Notes under the pieces: generated by a model
The model's input: the letters and a program-made list of their open reading frames with translations, nothing else
Databases searched by the model: none
What the model was told of the DNA's origin: nothing
Position numbers and translations under genes: made by a program
Shown: piece by piece, positions 41,063-50,602 of the stretch
Position numbering within the stretch: position 1 is the stretch's first letter
Layout: every line of letters begins with the position of its first letter
Virus record (IMG/VR): IMGVR_UViG_3300035208_001037
Coordinates: 1,232-65,231 of that record
Length of the DNA: 64,000 nt
Origin: a virus
Lineage: Duplodnaviria; Caudoviricetes
Strand: one strand, 5' to 3'

Positions 41063-41653
41063 TTATTTAATACCAGATGAACCAAATCCAGATTCGTTTC
41101 TGATAGTGTCTTTATTAATTTCTTCAATTTTAACTAATGAAACAATTCGTTGTCCACTAACATTAGCTAGTACACCTTGTGCTATTCTATCACCATGGTT
41201 AACAATAAATTCTTCCTTACTAAGGTTAACTAATATAATTTTAACTTCACCACGATATTGTTCATCAACAGTTCCCGGTGTATTTAAAACTGTTATACCA
41301 TTTTTAGCTGCTAAACCACTTCTAGGTCTAATTTGTAATTCAAAACCTTGTGGTAATTCAAAGAATAACCCTGTTGATATAATAACTCTTTCTAATGAAC
41401 CTAATTTAATTGCTGCAAACATACCATCTTCTAATTCTAAATTAGCTCTAATATCAAACCCTGAATCACCTATATTAGCATATTCAGGGTTTGGGTTATT
41501 AGATTTATTAGAGAATTGTAATGGTATTTTACCAATCTGAGTCCCTTGATTTAATTCGTTAGTTATTTCAGATAAGACTTGCTCGTATGTTCCATTTTCA
41601 ATAGATTCAAGTAATCTTGTTTGGTAATCAAACACATTTATTCTATTACCCAT
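41063..41653 (-). CDS. dut: Trimeric dUTPase
   Basis: SGFDIRA, QIRPRSGLA, GTVDEQYRGEV, GDRIAQG, RNESGFGSSG. Confidence 0.95.
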   Translation of the reverse strand: MGNRINVFDYQTRLLESIENGTYEQVLSEITNELNQGTQIGKIPLQFSNKSNNPNPEYANIGDSGFDIRANLELEDGMFAAIKLGSLERVIISTGLFFELPQGFELQIRPRSGLAAKNGITVLNTPGTVDEQYRGEVKIILVNLSKEEFIVNHGDRIAQGVLANVSGQRIVSLVKIEEINKDTIRNESGFGSSGIK

Positions 41654-42212
41654 TTAATTTTTCTTCTTTAATTGCAAGTTCGTTAGCTTGTTTTAATATA
41701 GTAGCCAACATAGTTGAATGCCATTTAGCCATTTTATCATCATCTTCTTTATCAAAATTAACGATAGCTTGATATTCTTCTTCAGTTAAAGAAACACCAT
41801 TTGATAATGCATACATTGCAGAACGTTCACCAATTCTCATTGAGATTAATTCTTCGTTAAATTTATACATTTTACCTTGATTTTCTTTATGCCATTCAGA
41901 TGTTTCAGGAATATAAAGTTTAGCTTTACCTATTTGGTGTAAGCAACAAACTTTAATTAACGACTCTTGATTAACTTTTAAGGCATCTGGGAGGATTCCA
42001 TTGATTGATACAGCGTATTTAGTCACTGTTAGTGTATGGTCGATTAAACCACCTTCAAATGCGTTATGAAGGCTTATCATTGTAGATGCTGGAGCTGTTA
42101 ATATATCAACACCTAAAAATTCTTTTAATGTTTCTGTAAGAAAACCATATTTTTCACCTGTTGCACAGAATTTTTGGAAATTCTTACCTACTTTTTCTTT
42201 TGTTAAACTCAT
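41646..42212 (-). CDS. HD-domain protein (HQ variant)
   Basis: HNAFEGGLIDHTL...CLHQIGK. Confidence 0.65.
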   Translation of the reverse strand: MSLTKEKVGKNFQKFCATGEKYGFLTETLKEFLGVDILTAPASTMISLHNAFEGGLIDHTLTVTKYAVSINGILPDALKVNQESLIKVCCLHQIGKAKLYIPETSEWHKENQGKMYKFNEELISMRIGERSAMYALSNGVSLTEEEYQAIVNFDKEDDDKMAKWHSTMLATILKQANELAIKEEKLNG

Positions 42213-42296
42213 TTTGTGTAATATTAAAATTTAATTTATTAATTTAAACAAAAATACTACACAAAATTACGTTTATCAAGTTAAAATAAAAATATT

Positions 42297-42926
42297 TTAA
42301 TCTTTATTAAGTCTTTTTACTTTTTGTCCTAATGATTCACCTTCAAAATATTTTTGATTAACTCTTCTAGCTTGTTTCTTTAAAGTATATCTACTTTCTA
42401 TGTTATCATTTCCAATAATTTCTTTTAATGTTGGGTTATTAGGATTTAATGATTTATTATGTTCATCAATAACATCAAAATTTGGCATTATAATATTCAA
42501 CCCACCCGGACTAGTACCATTATATTTATTATCTGATTTATCAACATTACATACAGCACTATACATAATATCGTGTATTCTATCAACACTAACCTTATTT
42601 TTTTCCTCTAAATCAGATTTTAATTGTTTTTTCTTTTCTAAAAATAATGCTTGTTCAAGTATATATAATTTTTTACGTTTACGTTCTTTAAGTTTACTAA
42701 GGATAAAATTATATAATTTTTTTATAATATTAATTTTATCAATGAAATTAGTTTCTTTAGTTTCAAGTATAATAGGTGTATTAATTTTGAAACCTTCTAA
42801 ACGTTTTACTATTTCCAAACTCCTATCAATGTTTTCAAAATTACATTTTTTAATACGTTTTTTATTTTTAAAACAAGAAGATATTCTTGTAAAAAAATTA
42901 GCTTTTTTTATTGTTATTTTATTCAT
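42297..42926 (-). CDS. Basic hypothetical protein
   Basis: 209-aa Lys-rich ORF in the operon. Confidence 0.6.
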   Translation of the reverse strand: MNKITIKKANFFTRISSCFKNKKRIKKCNFENIDRSLEIVKRLEGFKINTPIILETKETNFIDKINIIKKLYNFILSKLKERKRKKLYILEQALFLEKKKQLKSDLEEKNKVSVDRIHDIMYSAVCNVDKSDNKYNGTSPGGLNIIMPNFDVIDEHNKSLNPNNPTLKEIIGNDNIESRYTLKKQARRVNQKYFEGESLGQKVKRLNKD

Positions 42927-42933
42927 AATTTAA

Positions 42934-44233
42934 TTATTTTTTAATAATTGATTTATACCAATCTCGTCTCTTTTCAGTTACTGCGTTAATACTATACGTA
43001 TCTTTAATGGTATTATTTAAGTTAATTGATAATTGTTTTACTAATTCTGGGTTCTCAATTAAATTTTTAATATATTGATACCATAATTTATGGTTTTTAT
43101 CACTTGGTATTAATAAACTATTACCGTTTGAATTAATTGCACCACCTTTTTCACGAGCATTTACTAAATCAATTTGATAAGGACCAAAATCTTGTGCTAT
43201 AATAGCTTTTTTATGGAACCCGGCTTCAATAACTTTTAATTGACTTTTTACTTTATTGAAAATGTGTTCAGATAATGGGGCTAATGAAACATCGAATAAA
43301 TTATAATTACTTGCGTAAGTACTAATTGGTTTAGTCCAAACACGTCTATACGGTTCATTTGACACATTAGAGTATTCATTTTTAGTAAATGATAATAAAT
43401 GTTCTTTATATTCTGGTGAAATGGTTGTGTAATTATCTGTAAATATTTGCTCATAATTATACCAAACACTTTCTTTTGGTTGAATAGGTCGTTGAGTTTT
43501 TTGACCTGTTTGTTCATCAATCGTTGTAATAAACCCACGTAAGTCAAATCCACATAATACAAATTGAACTTTATCTAATAACCCATCAGTTTTAAGTTTA
43601 CTAACAACACCATTTAAAATTTCTAAATCTTTTAAATGTGATGACCCACCTAACCAACCAATACGAAGTCGTTCAGATTGTTCTGGGTTTGGTATATATT
43701 GTTTTTCTTTTGGGTCAATAGCGTTAGGTAAAACAAAAGTATTTTTATTATATTTTTTAATTTCATTTGCAAATATATCTGTTGTTGTACAAACATAATC
43801 AGCTAACTGAAGATTATTTAATATTTTTTTATCTATACCACTTTGTTTAATTAATAAATAAGCTGGGTGATGTTGTCCCGGTGACCAATAATCATCTAAA
43901 TCCATAATGGTTGGAATACCTAATCTACGTAATCTAGGTATTGTACCTTCTTGTTTAACACCTTGGCTATCTAGATAATCACCCATTTTATCATAATCAC
44001 CAATAGTTCTATGAAAATGAATTAAATCATATTGTTTTAACCATTCATCATTATCAATTTGTGGTTCATAATCAATATCTATATGGAATTCATCACGATA
44101 TAGTTCTTCTAATGTGATATGTGGTTTTGTACTTCTAAAATAACCTAATTCAGCCAACCCCTGTACGGTCACTAGGTACTATTAGTACACTAATTTTACG
44201 ACCAACAGGGGTTGTTTTTTTAATATTCTCCAT
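42934..44233 (-). CDS. GT-B glycosyltransferase whose 5' end is split between two frames (44233-44153 and 44142-42934)
   Basis: Frame A MENIKKTTPVGRKISVLIVPSDRTGVG*; frame B continues YFRSTKPH...DLDDYW, RIGWLGGSSH.KD, KSQLKVIEAG. Confidence 0.8.
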
Positions 44234-44243
44234 ATTGTTTGTT

Positions 44244-44918
44244 TTATTTATTATATTTATCTATTATTTGTAATATTATATTTTTATCTTTTTTATAATC
44301 GTGTTCCCAAATTACTTCTATAATATATCCATTATTTTTTGCTAAGTAAAGTTTATTTTTATCATAATCCCAAATTTCTTTAGCTGTTTTATTTTTTTTT
44401 GTGTGAAAAAAAGTTTCACCATATTTTATTGGGTTACAATGCCAGTAATCGCCATTATATTCTATAATTAAATTAAATTTTGGTATGTATAAATCATAAA
44501 TTTTGGAACCTATTATTAAATTTGGTATACATTCAATATTTTTGCTTAATAAAAAAGAAATAAGTTCATTTTCTGCTTTAGACCTATTATAAGATTTTAA
44601 TTCACCATTTTTAATCCTTTCTTTCATTAAATTACTCATTTTAATTCTAACATTTTCCATTTTACCACTTTCCCATAAATCAATTTTTATTTTACGAAGT
44701 AACTCCCTGTTTTTTGGGTCATTCATTGAATTATCTACACCCATTGCTTTACCAACCCTATTTTTAGATATTTTTTCAATAGTTTCTTTTTTATGTTTTT
44801 TACCATAAAATGGGTTACCATTACCTTGTTGATTTATTAATGAACAAGATTTACATATATTTTTATTTTTTAAATTTCTTAAAGATAATATTTGGTTGAT
44901 GCTGATATTTCTATACAT
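44244..44918 (-). CDS. Free-standing NUMOD3 plus Vsr/DUF559-like endonuclease; natural start probably 45004 across a 1-nt frameshift
   Basis: GNGNPFYGKKHKKETIEKIS; YDLYIPKFNLIIEYNGDYWH; upstream frame MREENP...CNQC...KYYL* pairs with CKSC. Confidence 0.8.
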   Translation of the reverse strand: MYRNISINQILSLRNLKNKNICKSCSLINQQGNGNPFYGKKHKKETIEKISKNRVGKAMGVDNSMNDPKNRELLRKIKIDLWESGKMENVRIKMSNLMKERIKNGELKSYNRSKAENELISFLLSKNIECIPNLIIGSKIYDLYIPKFNLIIEYNGDYWHCNPIKYGETFFHTKKNKTAKEIWDYDKNKLYLAKNNGYIIEVIWEHDYKKDKNIILQIIDKYNK

Positions 44919-45064
44919 TTATAACATTGGTTACAAATATAATTTGTTACCCACATATTATTTATATTTACAAACGTACTATATAATGGATTTTCTTCTC
45001 TCATAAATATAAATATAATTTAAAAATCTAAAAACCCTACATCTGTTTTATCTTTATTAAAATA

Positions 45065-45092
45065 AAAAAAAGCTTACCGAAGTAAGCTTTTT
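45065..45092 (-). terminator. Rho-independent terminator
   Basis: AAAAAGCTTAC-TTCG-GTAAGCTTTTTTT on the minus strand. Confidence 0.85.
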
Positions 45093-45100
45093 AAATATTT

Positions 45101-45667
45101 TTATTTAGTAGTTGTTTTTTTCTTTATAATCCCACTATCCAATAGATTTTTTATTGTTTGTTTTTGAATAGTTTCAGTTATTTGTTTCATAAAATAACCA
45201 GAAAAGAATTTTGTCATTTCTTCTTGAACAATTAACCTTATATTATTTTCACTAAGACTATTTGATTGTTCATATATTGGTGGTTGGATATTTTCTCTTA
45301 CAACTTGTTTTTGTTTACTACTAGGTATAGGTAACTTTTTTTCAACTAAGCCTTGTACATCATCTAATGTAAATGTATGTGTTGGTCCAGTTGCTTGAGG
45401 GATTGGTGAATTCTTCATAGCTTGTTTAATAGCATCAGGAAGTTTTGAATTATCAATCATTGACTCAGTTATTTGATGAGCATTATTAGAATGTCTTGAA
45501 GCTGTTGGTGCTTGACCAGATGGTAAGGTATCAACAGTTTCTTGAACTAATGCATTCCCATCTACATTACCTGTTTCATAAGAACCGCTTTCAACAGTTT
45601 TCATTACAGCTCTAGATTTAGCTAAAATTGACATCAATTTATTAACATCTACTGGTGGTTTTTCCAT
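45101..45667 (-). CDS. Hypothetical, putative head-associated protein
   Basis: 188 aa; ITES, VREN and ITET motifs. Confidence 0.75.
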   Translation of the reverse strand: MEKPPVDVNKLMSILAKSRAVMKTVESGSYETGNVDGNALVQETVDTLPSGQAPTASRHSNNAHQITESMIDNSKLPDAIKQAMKNSPIPQATGPTHTFTLDDVQGLVEKKLPIPSSKQKQVVRENIQPPIYEQSNSLSENNIRLIVQEEMTKFFSGYFMKQITETIQKQTIKNLLDSGIIKKKTTTK

Positions 45668-45678
45668 TTTAAAATATT

Positions 45679-46314
45679 TTAGTATTCATATCTACTAGGT
45701 TCTAACTCAGTAGATTGTTTTTTATTATTAGGTTCACTTTTAACTTGTGCATTTGCAACTTTAGGCTCGATACTTTGTTTTTGTTGTATTTGAGTATTAG
45801 CTTTAGGTTCAGATTTCACTTTATTAATTGGTTTATTTTGTTGTATTGTTTGAATATCTCTATCTTGTTTATTTATAGGAACATTAACATCATTATTAGT
45901 ATTACTATCATTATTAAATCTAGCTACTTTATATATAGTTGCCATAGAATTATCACCACTTTGATTACGAGTTGGGATAGATGGGTCACTATCTAACGCT
46001 TTTTCGCTAAACCTAAACCCAGTTGGTTCCCACCCACTAATTCTATCAGTTCGTAATAATTTCCAACCAATATTACTAGTAGTCGTACCAAATGCTTGAT
46101 ATACTCTTAACACTTCATTACCAGCTGTTGATACACCATATGCGTAAACATCAATATACCTAACTTCTGGTCTTGTTTCTTTAGCACCTTGATAATAAAT
46201 CCTAACCCTTTTATGTGAGTCCAAGGAATCATTAATTTGTGATTTAGAAACAATTTCAGTTAATAGTCTCTTATCTTCAAATATAATATCTTCTAAAAGA
46301 TTGTAAAGCTTCAT
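45679..46314 (-). CDS. WYL-like (SH3-fold) domain protein
   Basis: VRIYYQG...RYIDVYAYG...LRVYQ...WKLLRTDRI. Confidence 0.6.
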   Translation of the reverse strand: MKLYNLLEDIIFEDKRLLTEIVSKSQINDSLDSHKRVRIYYQGAKETRPEVRYIDVYAYGVSTAGNEVLRVYQAFGTTTSNIGWKLLRTDRISGWEPTGFRFSEKALDSDPSIPTRNQSGDNSMATIYKVARFNNDSNTNNDVNVPINKQDRDIQTIQQNKPINKVKSEPKANTQIQQKQSIEPKVANAQVKSEPNNKKQSTELEPSRYEY

Positions 46315-46326
46315 ACTAAATTTATT

Positions 46327-46653
46327 TTATATATCGATTTGTCCTGTATTAAGAGACATATCAGGAGCAGTATATGCCGCTACTGAATTATATTCGTTAA
46401 CAGATACACTATGTATTCTACCAGAACCGGGATATTCTGGATGACCATGTATATCATATGAACCACCACCATTTGTACTATCTAATGGTATACCAGTACC
46501 TTTACCTTGAACTGGTGTTATATCATCACTTAATGCTCTTGTGTGATTTACAGAATATTGGTTAGTTGGACTAACATAATTAAATGTATTTCCAGCTATT
46601 AATTCATTTCTTTTTTGGATACCTACTTGTTCCAATTTACTTTGTCCAGCCAT
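46327..46653 (-). CDS. Hypothetical protein
   Basis: 108-aa ORF. Confidence 0.75.
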   Translation of the reverse strand: MAGQSKLEQVGIQKRNELIAGNTFNYVSPTNQYSVNHTRALSDDITPVQGKGTGIPLDSTNGGGSYDIHGHPEYPGSGRIHSVSVNEYNSVAAYTAPDMSLNTGQIDI

Positions 46654-46655
46654 AA

Positions 46656-47195
46656 TTATATTATATTTATTTTGCCGTTATTATTCATGTATTCTATTAA
46701 ATATTTAGATTTTTGTATTTCAGCTTCTAAATTTTCATATTGTACTCTATTATTCATAATATTATCAAATTGAGAACCTTTATGAATTTTAGGTAGATTA
46801 ACATTAGTCGGTTTAGTGTTATCTCTATCCTTAGTATGTGTTTTCTTAAACATATTTTCAGCACCGGCATTCATTCTAGTTTTTTTATAATCGTGAACAT
46901 TGTCTCTAGAATTACCTAATGTTTTATCAACCCAGAATTTCATGGTATCACCACCATTTAATATATATTCTGCATCAGTAGCTTTATTATTATTTTCATA
47001 ATCATAATTATCAAAATAATTTTTAATTCTTTTCATTTGTTGATAAGATACTCTTTTATTATTTACAATACCTTTAGCTCTACTATAACCACTAGTATCA
47101 CCGCCATGTTCATATTTAATAATAGCACTATTTAACTTATGAATTACATCATCAGGACAGTTAAAATATTTATCTTGTAAATCTTTATTAGCCAT
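46656..47195 (-). CDS. Hypothetical protein
   Basis: 179-aa ORF. Confidence 0.75.
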   Translation of the reverse strand: MANKDLQDKYFNCPDDVIHKLNSAIIKYEHGGDTSGYSRAKGIVNNKRVSYQQMKRIKNYFDNYDYENNNKATDAEYILNGGDTMKFWVDKTLGNSRDNVHDYKKTRMNAGAENMFKKTHTKDRDNTKPTNVNLPKIHKGSQFDNIMNNRVQYENLEAEIQKSKYLIEYMNNNGKINII

Positions 47196-47812
47196 TATAT
47201 TTTTTTTCTTAATAAGTTTTTATAATCATTTGAAACATCACTTAAATTCATATTACTTAAAATATAATTTAAAATGATAGCTTTTTCATCACCAATTAAC
47301 GGTGTTTTATTAATATCATAAATAAATATTTGAGCATGTCTAGCTGCAGCTGGTTTACCTATATTATTAGCTAATTCTTCAATATCTGGTATACCATCTC
47401 TATCAACGTCAGGGCTAATAACCCTTTTAACCATACCACTATCCTCATTGCTTAACCTTTTATTAACTATATCTTCAACCATTTTTCTCATTTTATCTTT
47501 AGCAACTTCATCAAGTTCTTCTTTTTCAGTTGATTTTACATTTTCTTTTTGAGAACCACTTCTATCACCATGACTATATGGTGAACCGCCAGAACTAAAA
47601 TAAAATCTAGATGGTTGAATAGCTAATTGAGCTAAATCATCTGATGTTTGTTGTGGTGCTGTCATAATTTCAGAATTATTCACTATACCACCATTGTTAC
47701 TATCAATAAGGTCACCTTCAATTGGTGAACCATCTGCATCAACTAATTCTTCAAGCTCTTGTTTAGGTTTAACATTGAATTTCTTAAAGTCTTTCTTTTT
47801 AATCGTTGTCAT
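47195..47812 (-). CDS. Hypothetical protein
   Basis: 205-aa ORF with ATATTTAT upstream (47830-47837). Confidence 0.75.
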   Translation of the reverse strand: MTTIKKKDFKKFNVKPKQELEELVDADGSPIEGDLIDSNNGGIVNNSEIMTAPQQTSDDLAQLAIQPSRFYFSSGGSPYSHGDRSGSQKENVKSTEKEELDEVAKDKMRKMVEDIVNKRLSNEDSGMVKRVISPDVDRDGIPDIEELANNIGKPAAARHAQIFIYDINKTPLIGDEKAIILNYILSNMNLSDVSNDYKNLLRKKI

Positions 47813-47875
47813 AAATATTTCTTTTACTTATAAATATACTCAAGCTACGTAATATTTATTAAAAAACAATCAAAT

Positions 47876-48559
47876 ATGACAAATGGATTTATAACTAAAA
47901 TAGATTATTCCAATAATAGACAAGTAAAACAGAGGGTTTTAACTAATACTAGTTTATCTGGTAGTACTATATTAGGTACAACATTCTCTGATTTACCATA
48001 TGGACCTAACCCAAATTTATCTGGTGTTAGTGAAACTATTACAAATATATTAGGTACTTTCTCAGGAAATACAGGTACCACTATTTTTATTTTTAATGAT
48101 AATAGATTAAATTTAGGGTCTTCATCATTATCAGCTATTACACCAACAACATCAGGTATTTCACAAACAACTGGTAATATTTTTACAGCATCTACAAACA
48201 CTATAATCGATGACAACGTAGTTAATTTAGAATATACTGGCGTTTCATATACTTTTAATGTAAGTGGTATGACAAATATTGGTGGTAGTAATTATTCAGG
48301 TACTTCAATTTGTACTAATGTTAAAATTTTAAGTGCTAGTACATTAGATTATACAGGAAGAACAATTTGGTGTTCAATTCCCGGTATATTGAATGTAGAT
48401 AACAAAATTGAAACTAAAAAAATAAGTATAACTAATGATTTTACACCAAGTGGTACAACAGATACTAATGGTACTATAGGTAGTATTGTCTGGGATGATG
48501 ATTATTTATACGTAAAAACTAATAATGGTTGGGGTAGAACTACTTTAAGCGGATTTTAA
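47876..48559 (+). CDS. Ser/Thr/Gly-rich putative fibre or structural protein
   Basis: Many (S/T)GxT motifs; C-terminal GTIGSIVWDDDYLYVKTNNGWGR. Confidence 0.7.
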   Translation: MTNGFITKIDYSNNRQVKQRVLTNTSLSGSTILGTTFSDLPYGPNPNLSGVSETITNILGTFSGNTGTTIFIFNDNRLNLGSSSLSAITPTTSGISQTTGNIFTASTNTIIDDNVVNLEYTGVSYTFNVSGMTNIGGSNYSGTSICTNVKILSASTLDYTGRTIWCSIPGILNVDNKIETKKISITNDFTPSGTTDTNGTIGSIVWDDDYLYVKTNNGWGRTTLSGF

Positions 48560-48561
48560 CT

Positions 48562-50181
48562 ATGGGAAATATACGAAACGATTATTATTTTAATAATCAT
48601 GATTTAAGATTATCTAAACATAAATATTATGATTTATATTTATCACCAGACCATGTTTATTTACCACCAGTTACAGAAATTTTATCTGGTGATACATTAG
48701 TGACGTATTTTGATTTTAATAACCAAGATATATTTTCAAGTGGTTCAACATCTGCTGATACTATATATAGTTTAGCTAAATGGAAATACGGTGTTAATAG
48801 TGGTGAAACATTATACGATATTGGTCTAACTGGTATAGATAATGGGTTAATTACTTACAATTATTCAAGTGGTGACACAGCTAACACTCAGTTAGTTTCA
48901 GCAATGACTACTTCAATTCTAACATTAGTTACTGGTGATACTAGATTACAATTAGACAGTGTTACAGGTAATTCTAGTAATTATATATACCCTATTAATA
49001 TATTATCTGGTTCTACTGGTAATTATGCTCAACTATGTGGTGGGTTTTATCAAGGTTATTATAAATTAGATGGGTATGACTATGAGGTTTTACCAAATAG
49101 AGTTGAAAAAGGTTGGGTTGCAGAATTTTGGTTAAATAAAAATAATGGTTGTAGTGGATATACTGGAACCACATTAAATGATACTTACCCAGATAATAAA
49201 GGTTTTTTCTTTTATTTAGGTGCAAGAGCTGAAAATAAATTTTGGAATACCTTTGAAGGGTTAAATTCTGGTTGTACATCTGGTTGTACATCAGTAAACT
49301 GTAGTGGTGAAACTGTTACTAGTGGTTGTACAATACCAAAAGAAACAAATACGACTACTAGTACTGGGGTTCCAATTAGTCCTTCATCATTCCATGTTAC
49401 TGAAATATGTAATCAATTTTTAATTTATAGTAGAAGTAAAAGTGGATACACAGCTTGTAATATAGACCAAGGTGATTGTATATCTGTTACAGCAACAACA
49501 TATCCAAATCCAAATATGGAAAATTTATTCTTAAAATTAAGTAGAGAAACTTCAGGTACTACAGCGTGTAATTTTACTGGTAGAACAATAGATTTAAGTG
49601 GTGGTAATACTGATAAAGATGCTGATATTATTGATAATGCTTTAGGTTTTAGAATTAAAGATGATGGTAGTATTGGTTATAGATTATTAACTTATTCAGG
49701 TGTTTGTTCTGGTGAAACAACTATTACTGGTGCCACAATAGAAGAAGGGTACTCTCAAAGTGGTATGGTATCTAACGATATATGGTCTCATATAGCAATA
49801 CGATTTATTGCTGATATAACTTATGATATATGTGATTTAAAATATAAACCAAAGCGAACAGGAAAATTAATGTTTTATGTTAATAGTAAATTAAAATATG
49901 TCGTTAATGATTTTGATGAATTTATTGCTAGAAGATTATTCGATGATAAAACAAAACAACAAGGTGTACCATTTAATATTAGTATTGGTGGTGGTTCACA
50001 AGGTTTAATAGATAGTCAAACATTTGATGGTAGAGACCCTAATGATTCTCAATTATTAATTGAAAAATATTTTGGTGGTTCTTTTATTGGTGGTATATCA
50101 AAATTTAGATTTTATGATGATAAATTATGTTATTGTACAATTCAAGATAATTTTAATATAGAACGTAATATTTATAATTAA
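48562..50181 (+). CDS. Structural protein with LamG/concanavalin-like C-terminal region, Cys/Thr-rich middle
   Basis: WSHIAIRF, LMFYVNSKL, FIGGISKFRFYD. Confidence 0.65.
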   Translation: MGNIRNDYYFNNHDLRLSKHKYYDLYLSPDHVYLPPVTEILSGDTLVTYFDFNNQDIFSSGSTSADTIYSLAKWKYGVNSGETLYDIGLTGIDNGLITYNYSSGDTANTQLVSAMTTSILTLVTGDTRLQLDSVTGNSSNYIYPINILSGSTGNYAQLCGGFYQGYYKLDGYDYEVLPNRVEKGWVAEFWLNKNNGCSGYTGTTLNDTYPDNKGFFFYLGARAENKFWNTFEGLNSGCTSGCTSVNCSGETVTSGCTIPKETNTTTSTGVPISPSSFHVTEICNQFLIYSRSKSGYTACNIDQGDCISVTATTYPNPNMENLFLKLSRETSGTTACNFTGRTIDLSGGNTDKDADIIDNALGFRIKDDGSIGYRLLTYSGVCSGETTITGATIEEGYSQSGMVSNDIWSHIAIRFIADITYDICDLKYKPKRTGKLMFYVNSKLKYVVNDFDEFIARRLFDDKTKQQGVPFNISIGGGSQGLIDSQTFDGRDPNDSQLLIEKYFGGSFIGGISKFRFYDDKLCYCTIQDNFNIERNIYN

Positions 50182-50212
50182 TAATAATAATAATAAAAAT
50201 AAATAGAATAAA

Positions 50213-50503
50213 ATGGGATTAAAAAATTCAAATGGTAATTACTTAAAAATACTATCAATAGATGATAGTTATTTAGGTAGAAAATCAGAAATAGTATCAT
50301 GGGAAATATGGGTAAGTCAAGATGTTAGAAATATACCAACTAATTTCGATAAACCTCAAAATGGTAATACAAGATTAGATACTTTACAAGATAAATTAGA
50401 TTTAGTTGCTGATGTAACACAAAGTATTAAAAATAATAGAATTATTGCAGCTTACAGTGCATTAAAAGAGAATAGTGAATTCTCATCATGGGAAGATTGT
50501 TAA
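50213..50503 (+). CDS. Small hypothetical protein, possible fibre chaperone
   Basis: 96 aa among fibre genes; ends AYSALKENSEFSSWEDC. Confidence 0.6.
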   Translation: MGLKNSNGNYLKILSIDDSYLGRKSEIVSWEIWVSQDVRNIPTNFDKPQNGNTRLDTLQDKLDLVADVTQSIKNNRIIAAYSALKENSEFSSWEDC

Positions 50504-50537
50504 TGGATTATTTAAAATAATAGTCATATTTTAAAAT

Positions 50538-50562
50538 AAAGGGGTGTTAACACCCCTTTTTT
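50538..50562 (+). terminator. Palindromic terminator
   Basis: AAAGGGGTGTTAACACCCCTTTTTT. Confidence 0.8.
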
Positions 50563-50602
50563 ATTAATCTTAAATATTTATTGTTAAATATATGTATTCA
50601 AG

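Noticed and set aside
23034-42933. Plus-strand ORFs inside minus-strand genes (23034, 25523, 26449, 32446, 39477, 41106, 42400 and others)
   Set aside because: Fully overlap well-supported genes and have reverse-complement amino-acid bias.
44140-45004. Group I intron explanation for the split GT gene
   Set aside because: The interruption is only 10 nt and the endonuclease lies upstream of the ATG, not between exons; no intron core is recognisable.
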